NCBI RefSeq assembly: GCF_000018105.1
Contig: NC_009925.1
Span: forward strand, 930,001 to 962,000
Source: Acaryochloris marina MBIC11017
GTDB lineage: Bacteria > Cyanobacteriota > Cyanobacteriia > Thermosynechococcales > Thermosynechococcaceae
DNA length: 32,000 nt
Direction of reading: 5' to 3'
The notes under the pieces are model-generated. The model saw only the letters and a program-made list of their open reading frames with translations, did not search any database and was not told the origin of the DNA. Both the position numbers and the translations under genes were made by a program. Below are positions 25,286 through 32,000 of this stretch, piece after piece; the stretch's first letter is position 1, and each line of letters begins with the position of its first letter.

Positions 25286-26206
25286 ATGAATCAAGGCTGG
25301 ACTTATCACAATCAAGTTAATCAGGTAGGCGCGGGGCTGACCCTGTTAGAGTTTTATGCTCAACGCTACCGGCATTCGAGTGGGACAGAATGGCAAGTCC
25401 GAATTGAAACCGGACAAGTAACCATAGACGGTCGGCAAGCTACTCCAGATACGGTATTAAAACAGGGACAGAATTTGGCCTACCATCGTCCTCCCTGGCA
25501 GGAACCAACGGTGCCCTTGACCTTTGATGTTTTATACGAAGATGCAGATGTGTTGGCAATCCATAAACCCTCAGGGTTACAGGTGCTTCCCGGGGGGGGC
25601 TTTTTAGAACATACCTTGCTCCACCAGGTACAGCAACGTTTTCCCCAAGGGACACCTTTTCCCATCCATCGCTTGGGGCGAGGGACATCAGGGGTGGTAT
25701 TGATGGCGCGATCGCAACAGGCTCGCGCTGCTTTAAGCCAACAAATGCGGAATCGGCAAATTCAAAAAGTATATCGAGCGTTAATTGGGCCTGAACAAAC
25801 CACCCACCCCCTAGAAGAACAGTTTGAAATTACCCAAGCCATTGGTAAGGTTCCTTATCCGGAGTTGGGATATATCTATGCTGCGACTCCAAAAGGACGA
25901 CCCGCCCATAGCGCTTGTACCATTCTTCAACGACGTCCAGAGGCTACTTTACTGGCTGTGACGATTACCACTGGACGTCCCCACCAAATTCGGATTCATT
26001 TAGCAACTATTGGCTATCCCTTACTTGGCGATCCGTTATATGTTGCGGGAGGACAACCTCAGTCAATAAGTTCTGAAGAACGATCACAACCCGTTCCTGG
26101 AGATTGTGGCTATTGGCTTCATGCCTTCTCTTTACAATTTATCCACCCAACCTCTCAGGAGCGAGTCAAAGTTGTGAGTGAGCCACCGCAACCGCTGAAG
26201 TGCTGA
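25286..26206 (+). CDS. RluA-family pseudouridine-synthase-like protein with an S4-like N-terminus, lacking the catalytic Asp
   Basis: 306-aa ORF. Motif II region is IHRLGRGTSGVVLMARS, where canonical is HRLD..TSG. Motif III is GRPHQIRIHLATIGYPLLGDPLY. Confidence 0.8.
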   Translation: MNQGWTYHNQVNQVGAGLTLLEFYAQRYRHSSGTEWQVRIETGQVTIDGRQATPDTVLKQGQNLAYHRPPWQEPTVPLTFDVLYEDADVLAIHKPSGLQVLPGGGFLEHTLLHQVQQRFPQGTPFPIHRLGRGTSGVVLMARSQQARAALSQQMRNRQIQKVYRALIGPEQTTHPLEEQFEITQAIGKVPYPELGYIYAATPKGRPAHSACTILQRRPEATLLAVTITTGRPHQIRIHLATIGYPLLGDPLYVAGGQPQSISSEERSQPVPGDCGYWLHAFSLQFIHPTSQERVKVVSEPPQPLKC

Positions 26207-26408
26207 CTCAGAGCGATTGCTTGATTGAGCGCTTTTTGAAATATTTGGCCATGAGCCGTCTCACTTTTGGGTCCATCGGTAGGGACGCTTTAACAGAGTG
26301 CCAGGTGAATAGGGTGGTTTAGAATCACACATTTACCCTGCGTCGGATCACATGGAAAGCCAGAAAGTTTTTTTATATTCGGGTTTAGAGAAAGCAGGAC
26401 AGGAAAAT

Positions 26409-26789
26409 ATGAATCGCGGCATTAGAGTTTTCAGCATTGTAACTGTGGCAGGATTAGTCAGCCTCTCAAGTTTGAATTTTGCATCTTCATCCCATGCACA
26501 GGATTATCTAGAAGTTCAAAATGCTGATTGGCTTGCCAAAGCAGAGCAAAAAAACCTCAACTATGATGGGGTTCTATACTGCGATGATGCCAATGTAAAA
26601 ATCAATATTCGTCGAGGCCCTGGAACAGGCTATAAAGTTGGATACAGCAGCTTCAGCGGACTTGAAGTCGATGTTCTCTCTTCTTATCAAACCAAGGGCT
26701 ATAAATGGTACAAAATCCGCTACGTCAACCAAATTTTGCACCAATCAGAGAGCGGCTGGGTGAGAGAAGACCTAATCAAAATACTTTGA
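26409..26789 (+). CDS. secreted bacterial SH3 (SH3b) domain protein
   Basis: The ATG at 26409 has an AGGA-rich leader. Signal peptide is MNRGIRVFSIVTVAGLVSLSSLNFASSSHA. SH3b-like region is VKINIRRGPGTGYKVG...YKWYKIRY...GWVREDLI. The track ORF begins at 26352. Confidence 0.7.
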   Translation: MNRGIRVFSIVTVAGLVSLSSLNFASSSHAQDYLEVQNADWLAKAEQKNLNYDGVLYCDDANVKINIRRGPGTGYKVGYSSFSGLEVDVLSSYQTKGYKWYKIRYVNQILHQSESGWVREDLIKIL

Positions 26790-26866
26790 TAAACGTCGTT
26801 TTCCAAAAGTCTTAGGGTTGTCTAACCTGCTTTTGTTGCCACCCTTTCGTCTAAATGCATTTCACA

Positions 26867-26910
26867 ATCAGCTCTTCAGAAAAGCCAGATTAATTTTCTG
26901 AAAAGCTGAT
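26867..26910. other. long inverted repeat (17-bp arms, 16/17) in a 318-nt intergenic region
   Basis: atcagctcttcagaaaa (26867..26883), loop gccagattaa, then ttttctgaaaagctgat (26894..26910). Confidence 0.5.
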
Positions 26911-27107
26911 GTATAGCTATATCTGGGTGTCATCTCACTGCTAAAGTTCAGTGCTCTGGAGCATTGAACTCCAAGCGATGGCCCTAAAATCGAGATGGAG
27001 CGCCAAGCTTGCGTGAGTCAAAACATGCGATTGATACTTGCCGCTATTCCCTCCGATAGGCTGAGCTGTAAATACTCCGTGTCAGCCTTGCTCTTACTCC
27101 TCTTTTT

Positions 27108-27818
27108 ATGACTCTTGTGGAGCCATCTCTGCCCTTATTTATCCGCAATACCCAAGAAAAGTTTCATCAACAGGGGTATGTTATCCTGCCCCAGATCTTT
27201 TCTGCTCACATCTGCGATCAGGTTTTTGACCATCTTGATGAAGTGGTCCAATCAGGGCCTGGGAGTAGACGCTTACTCGCCTTTGACTGGTGCCAAGCAC
27301 TGGCCAAGAGCCTCAAATCCCATCCATTTATCTCACCTTTATTAGGCCCTACGCCCATAGCCAATCAATGCACCTATTTTGAGAAATCCCCTGATCAAAA
27401 TTGGTTAGTGGCACTGCATCAAGATGTTAGCATTGCCGTTCAACCTAATGCTGCTGCCACTCAGTTGGGAATATCTCAAAAAGAAGGGCTGTCTTTTGTG
27501 CAGCCTCCGGTCGAAATTTTGGAACAGTTGGTTGCTCTTCGTATCCATTTAGATGACTGCACCCCCAACAATGGCCCCCTAAAAGTGGTGCCAGGATCTC
27601 ATCAACAGGGGCGACTCTCTGACCCGATGATTGCAAAACTGCGGGACCACTCCGGTGAGATATCCTGCTTAGTGCCCAAAGGCGGTGTGTTAGCCCTGCG
27701 ACCATTGCTTCTGCATGCGTCCAGTAAGATGACGCTTCCCCAACGCCGACGGGTTTTACATTTTCTCTGTGGTCCTCGCCAGCTTCCCAATGGTTTGGTT
27801 TGGCATGAAACCATTTAG
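27108..27818 (+). CDS. phytanoyl-CoA dioxygenase (PhyH) family Fe(II)/2-oxoglutarate oxygenase
   Basis: 236-aa ORF with the HxD facial-triad context (VALHQDVSI), a distal His (LLLHASSK), and NGPLKVVPGSH typical of PhyH. Confidence 0.75.
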   Translation: MTLVEPSLPLFIRNTQEKFHQQGYVILPQIFSAHICDQVFDHLDEVVQSGPGSRRLLAFDWCQALAKSLKSHPFISPLLGPTPIANQCTYFEKSPDQNWLVALHQDVSIAVQPNAAATQLGISQKEGLSFVQPPVEILEQLVALRIHLDDCTPNNGPLKVVPGSHQQGRLSDPMIAKLRDHSGEISCLVPKGGVLALRPLLLHASSKMTLPQRRRVLHFLCGPRQLPNGLVWHETI

Positions 27819-27892
27819 GTGGCATAAGGTCAGCTGTAAAGGGTCACTGTAGATGACTGGAGCGAATAAATGAGTTTCGTAGGTGAGGTTCG

Positions 27893-28510
27893 GTGAAGTC
27901 TAGCTCTAGATTGATAGGTGCGATCGCATTTCTGTCTGCTGTTTTAAGTTGGGGATGTTCACCGCCTATCCAGGCCCCACACCGACCAAGGCAGACCGCT
28001 TCGCTTACTCCCGCTGTTGAATCTTCTACACCAACTCCTGAATTACCAAGAGTTGATGCGTTCCCACAACTGCAACCCTGTCTTGTTGATCTGGAAGGTC
28101 CTCTCCTGTTGCCGTTGGAGTTAACGCCATCTGCACATATATCTAGCCAAACCGCCTATTATGTTGCCTACTCGACAAAAACGCTGGCGGATTCAAAGGA
28201 TATCGGTAAGGTTAAGGCCCTAAGAACCCTTGCCTTAACCGCAGGCCAATGCCAAATCCTGACCCTAGATCAAGCACAAACTTTAGCGAAACAGGCGTTG
28301 AAAAATAATCGGAATTACCAGGAGCAGCTTGCCCTGCATCAAGGCAATCAAGGTCTGGCTTGGAGCGCTATGGTAAATCGGTGGGAACGCGATCATTACG
28401 TTTCAGGTCCAGGTGACCACCCCTTGGTGTTGTCCCTGGAAGAAATTTGGATGGCTAAAACGCTGAATTTAGATTTGCCAGACTATCTCCCGGTTTACGC
28501 GAGACCATAG
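27893..28510 (+). CDS. lipoprotein, function unknown
   Basis: GTG start with AGGTGAGG about 6-13 nt upstream. Lipobox is LSAVLSWGC, followed by a Pro/Thr-rich linker. 205 aa. Confidence 0.6.
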   Translation: MKSSSRLIGAIAFLSAVLSWGCSPPIQAPHRPRQTASLTPAVESSTPTPELPRVDAFPQLQPCLVDLEGPLLLPLELTPSAHISSQTAYYVAYSTKTLADSKDIGKVKALRTLALTAGQCQILTLDQAQTLAKQALKNNRNYQEQLALHQGNQGLAWSAMVNRWERDHYVSGPGDHPLVLSLEEIWMAKTLNLDLPDYLPVYARP

Positions 28511-28548
28511 AGTAATTTTTTGTCCACAAGATCTATCTGCAGCCCAAT

Positions 28549-28962
28549 ATGGATATTGGTTATTACAAATTGGCGAAACAAATTAATGGATTATTCCATT
28601 ATGCTGAAGTGCATTTAGAGAAAGTCGACGTATTCACGTTGCCTATGGTGCAAGTAGCAAAGGGTGCCTTTGCTTGGTTAAAAGATGATTATGGACCTGA
28701 TGCCTGGGAATGGGCGATATGTGATGACTATCGGCAAGGGGCTATTCAAGGTGTTCAGTATGCTTTAGACAATGTTGGTAAAGGTATGGCATTTCAAAAA
28801 GTTGGGATATTAATCACCACCATCAAAAGCCATCCAGCTCATGGAACGGTCTATTCAGTTGCGTTTGCAGCTTGTATGGCAACTTGGACATTACTAGAAG
28901 TGGATGGAATATCCCACCCCTACTTTCAAGGGGAGAAACTTGTCTTTCCATCCCTTCCCTAA
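28549..28962 (+). CDS. hypothetical 137-aa cytosolic protein resembling a stand-alone EF-G/EF2 domain IV
   Basis: The pattern AKQINGLFHYAEVHLEKV ... DDYRQGAIQGVQYALDNVGKG...VGILITTIKSHPAHGTVYSVAFAACMA parallels EF-G domain IV (KQSGG.GQY.HV.IE.EP ... IP.EYI.AV.KG..EA...G...V.V.L.DGSYH.VDSSE.AFK.A...A). This is by-eye recognition only. Confidence 0.45.
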   Translation: MDIGYYKLAKQINGLFHYAEVHLEKVDVFTLPMVQVAKGAFAWLKDDYGPDAWEWAICDDYRQGAIQGVQYALDNVGKGMAFQKVGILITTIKSHPAHGTVYSVAFAACMATWTLLEVDGISHPYFQGEKLVFPSLP

Positions 28963-28996
28963 CCATAAACATCAACGTGAGAGCGTCATCCTCAAA

Positions 28997-29710
28997 TTAG
29001 GCTGCTTTTGGAGGAGCTTCTGCCGTTAGGGTGTTGGTTTCTAATCGACCATCTTCCATATGGACAATCCGGTCGGCCACATCGAGAATACGGTTATCGT
29101 GGGTGACCAGCAAAATAGTACAGCCCTGTTCTTTGGCCAGGGTTTGCATCAGATTCACCACATCTCGACCGGACTTACTATCTAGTGCAGCTGTGGGTTC
29201 GTCGGCCAAGACAATGGCGGGGTGACTAACTAACGCTCTTGCGATCGCAACCCGTTGCTTTTGTCCCCCAGACAGATCATCCGGATAGTAGTGGATATGA
29301 TCGCCCAGCCCTACCTGATTGAGAATGGTCGTTGCTTGCTCCACCATCTCTTGGGGCGACCGGGTGCCCGTCACTTCTAGCCCCATCTTCACGTTTTGCA
29401 GGGCCGTTAAACTGCGATGTAAATTATGGGCTTGGAAAATATAGCCATTATGGCGACGAGCTTGTACCAGTTCCTTCTCTTTTGCACCTGTTAATTCTTG
29501 ACCCAAAATTTTGAGGCTGCCATTTTGGGCGGCCCGTAATCCCCCGACTAGGGTTAGTAAGGTTGTTTTTCCCGATCCAGAGGGGCCGGTCATCAAGACA
29601 ATTTCTCCCGCTGTAATATCTAGGTGAATATCGAATAACACCTGTTTGCGCAGGCGACCATGACCGAAGTAGTGGTCGAGATGGCGGATAGAGATAACGG
29701 GGTCTTTCAT
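28997..29710 (-). CDS. devA: DevA-family ABC transporter ATP-binding protein (locus 2)
   Basis: 237-aa ORF with Walker A GPSGSGKTT, signature LSGGQKQRVAIARAL, Walker B VLADEPTAALD and LLVTHD. By eye it is roughly two-thirds identical to locus-1 DevA. Confidence 0.9.
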   Translation of the reverse strand: MKDPVISIRHLDHYFGHGRLRKQVLFDIHLDITAGEIVLMTGPSGSGKTTLLTLVGGLRAAQNGSLKILGQELTGAKEKELVQARRHNGYIFQAHNLHRSLTALQNVKMGLEVTGTRSPQEMVEQATTILNQVGLGDHIHYYPDDLSGGQKQRVAIARALVSHPAIVLADEPTAALDSKSGRDVVNLMQTLAKEQGCTILLVTHDNRILDVADRIVHMEDGRLETNTLTAEAPPKAA

Positions 29711-29729
29711 GGTTGAGGGGGGCTTGGGG

Positions 29730-30897
29730 CTAGAACATATCGGCAGGGTCAGCGGACTGGAGTTTCCGAGTGGCTATTGCACCGGAAAGGGTACACATCA
29801 CCACCGTCAGTACGAATACTGTGATCGCTCGGCCTGTGGTCATAAATAGGGGTAAGGCTGTTGCAGATCGGGCCAAACCATACAGTCCCATAGGCAGAAT
29901 GGCACCGGGGATAAATCCAAGGACCGCTAGGATAATGGCTTCTTCGAACACCACCCCTAAGAAATAGCGATTCTGATAGCCCATGGCTTTGAAGGTCGCA
30001 TACTCGCGAATATGGGCATTCACATCGGTGGACAACACCTGGTAAACAATCACCACCCCGACGACAAAGGCCATCGCGGTGCCTAAGCCGAAAATAAAAA
30101 CCCACGGGGCTACGCACCTGCCAGTAGGCGGTTTCAAAGGCAATAAACTCTTCCAGGGTTAAGACCTGAACATCTTCTGGGAGATGATCCTTTAGGGTTG
30201 CCACCACTTGTTCTGGGTTCGCATTCGGCTCCAGTCGGATTAGCCCCAAATTGATGCTGCCCGCCTGTCGTCGAGGAAATTGCAACAGAAAATTCTGGTC
30301 ACTGGTAATTAAAGTCCCATCTGCGCCGAAGGAAGCCCCCATCTCAAATAATCCGGCAATGGTAATAGTGCGGCGTTGCGCTTCGGTCTGCACAGGTTTG
30401 CCTTGATCAATGAGGGCAAAAGACTCGGCATAATCTCCTCTAGAGCCTCGGTCGAAGATAAACGTATCCGGCTGTTTCACCAAGGGAAGTTTCTCCGTCA
30501 GTCCTGGTAGATTCATGGCAGATCGATCAGGATTAAACCCAATCACCTGGACTAAGGTTTCTCGCTTGGTCTGGGGATTTTTCCAGTTCAATGTATTGAT
30601 ATAGAAGGGTTCCGCGAATTTCACCCCCGGAACATCCTGTGCCTGATACAACCGTCGTCGAGAAAAGGTGGACAGGGCTTGCAGATTTCGGGCTTGGGGA
30701 CTCAGAAGAACAATATCCGCATTTAAGGTGCGGTGCAGTTGGGTATTACTGACAAACAAAGAGGCCTGAAAACCCATCTGCATAAACATCAGCACATCCG
30801 CAAAGGCAATACCGGCTAAAGCGACCAACAATCTGCCTTTTTCATGGCTGAGCTGGAGCCACCCCAACGGGGTACGTTTGGAGAGCGGAGCCTTCAT
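29730..30897 (-). pseudogene. devC: DevC-family permease (locus 2) with a +1 frameshift in a T5-A-T4 tract
   Basis: The N-terminal frame (track ORF 29749..30897) is DevC-like up to ...ETAYWQVRSPVGF. The C-terminal frame (29730..30143) is DevC-like from ..IFGLGTAMAFVVGVVIVYQVL... to RKLQSADPADMF. The span is 1168 nt, which is 3n+1. Removing one T in plus-strand 30092..30101 restores PVGFIFGLG, matching locus 1 GIGFIFGLG. Confidence 0.8.
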
Positions 30898-32000
30898 AAC
30901 TGCACCGTCACATTCACTTGCAAATTGGTAAATTGGGCAGCCTGTTGGCTAGAGGTGTTGTCCAACTTGATGTAAACCTCCACCACTCGGCCATCGATAT
31001 TTTCGCTGGGGTCGGTGTTAATAATGGTTTGCCGCCGGACCTTGGTGCTAACTCGATCGACGGTGCCCGATAAGGATTGGGGCAAGGCCTCGCTGTTCAC
31101 TTTGACGGCCTGCCCAGTTTTGATCTTACGTACATCGCTTTGATAGACCTCTGCCACCGCATACATTTGCTGCGTTTGGCCCAGCTCTAGGATGCCGTCT
31201 GTCCCCACGACTTCACCCGGATGGGTATGGATATCCAATACCACTCCCGATTGAGGCGCTTTAATATAGGCTTGATCCAGTCTGGCCTGGGCCTGCTTAA
31301 CGCTAGCGCGAGCTTGGTTGATATTGGCTTGGGCGACATTCACATCCACTGGACGCACTTCAGCAATTTGATTGAGGCGAGCCCGAGCCGCAACTAGTTC
31401 AGGAGATTGAACGGCCTGTAAACGGTTGGCTACGGCTTGAGCTTCCTGTAGACTGCGTTGGGCCGTTTGCAGCACCAACTGTTTTTGATCCCGTTCTGAA
31501 GCCGAGATTGCTCCTTGCTGATAGAGGGATTGATAGCGGTTGAATTCGGCTAGGGCATTGTCTACTTCGGCATGGCGGCGGGCAATGGTTGCGGATTGAG
31601 CCGTCATTTCCCCCTGTCGTTGGGCATCTAATCGGGCAATCTCCGCGCGCTGGGCCGCCAGTTCCCCCTGCTTGGCCCCCGCTTTAATTCGAGCGAGTTC
31701 TGCTTCTGCTACCCGCACCTGCTCTTGAGCCGTCTGCAAATCCGCTTGAAGGCGATCGCGACTATCGAGAATGGCAATGATTTGTCCCGAAGAAACGGCC
31801 TCCCCTTCCTTTACCAATAGTTGGGACATTCGATTCCCTTCCGCACTGCTAGGGGCCGAAAGCTGGACCAGTTCTCCTTGAGGTTCTAGGCGTCCTAAGG
31901 CCGAGACGGTCTTAATCTCTAGAGGCGCAGGAGGGATTTCGGACTGGCTTTGGGAATTGGAATACTGCCGCAGGGTCCATACAGAGACCCCACCCAAGGC
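30894..32000 (-). CDS. devB: DevB-family membrane fusion protein (locus 2); the 5' end runs off the window
   Basis: The frame is open to the window edge. It has the GRLEPQGE motif, a coiled coil and a C-terminal barrel colinear with locus-1 DevB. The N-terminal TM helix is missing, so the true start lies beyond 32000. Its stop overlaps the devC start (ATGA at 30894..30897). Confidence 0.85.
   Translation of the reverse strand, partial: ALGGVSVWTLRQYSNSQSQSEIPPAPLEIKTVSALGRLEPQGELVQLSAPSSAEGNRMSQLLVKEGEAVSSGQIIAILDSRDRLQADLQTAQEQVRVAEAELARIKAGAKQGELAAQRAEIARLDAQRQGEMTAQSATIARRHAEVDNALAEFNRYQSLYQQGAISASERDQKQLVLQTAQRSLQEAQAVANRLQAVQSPELVAARARLNQIAEVRPVDVNVAQANINQARASVKQAQARLDQAYIKAPQSGVVLDIHTHPGEVVGTDGILELGQTQQMYAVAEVYQSDVRKIKTGQAVKVNSEALPQSLSGTVDRVSTKVRRQTIINTDPSENIDGRVVEVYIKLDNTSSQQAAQFTNLQVNVTVQL

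Noticed and set aside
25592-25599. G8 homopolymer inside the RluA-like gene (and G7 at 6143..6149 in the antiporter gene) as phase-variation tracts
   Set aside because: Both genes are in frame and encode ordinary Gly runs. Nothing suggests contingency-locus behaviour.
29749-30090. C-terminal ~115 aa of the 382-aa track ORF (…FYFRLRHRDGLCRRGGDC…)
   Set aside because: This is out-of-frame read-through after the frameshift. The other frame over the same bases gives a canonical FtsX-type C-terminus.
1-32000. CRISPR arrays, tRNA, rRNA or tmRNA genes
   Set aside because: I saw no regularly spaced direct repeats and no tRNA T-arm or acceptor-like sequences in any spacer. All large spacers were read on both strands. 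A tRNAscan or Infernal run would be the decisive check.

Overview
This 32 kb window looks like cyanobacterial chromosome. I counted 15 copies of the HIP1 octamer GCGATCGC by eye, where about 0.5 would be expected by chance. I saw no rRNA, tRNA or CRISPR array. About 30 coding regions are supported.

Left third:
- A partial membrane protein.
- A short CorA-like GMN protein.
- An orphan ShlB/FhaC-type TpsB outer-membrane transporter.
- A GAF sensor histidine kinase.
- A CPA1 Na+/H+ antiporter.
- uppS.
- A soluble acyl-ACP-desaturase-like di-iron protein.

Middle (10.1-14.7 kb), an IS-rich accessory patch:
- An IS701-family element with perfect 29-bp inverted repeats.
- An IS630-family element inserted at a TA abutting its right end. 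Its transposase needs a frame change at an A9 run.
- An IS903-group (IS5-family) element with 16/17 inverted repeats and a perfect 9-bp target duplication. It splits a SUMF1/FGE-domain gene in frame.
- Downstream, a secreted S1-protease-TPR protein, a membrane protein with an internal QW repeat, a small anchored protein, and a membrane-anchored class A FAD monooxygenase.

Right third, two paralogous DevBCA-type (MacAB-like) tripartite exporter loci on the minus strand:
- Locus 1 is tetR-devB-devC-[DUF4336-like]-devA. A 9-bp-arm palindrome sits upstream of tetR, and 13 nt of it recur in the devB-devC spacer.
- Locus 2 is devB-devC-devA. Its devC carries a +1 frameshift in a T-rich tract, and devB runs off the window.
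- Between the loci lie an RluA-family protein lacking the catalytic Asp, an SH3b protein, a PhyH dioxygenase, a lipoprotein, and a 137-aa protein resembling a stand-alone EF-G domain IV.

All family assignments come from motif recognition by eye. No database search was run.
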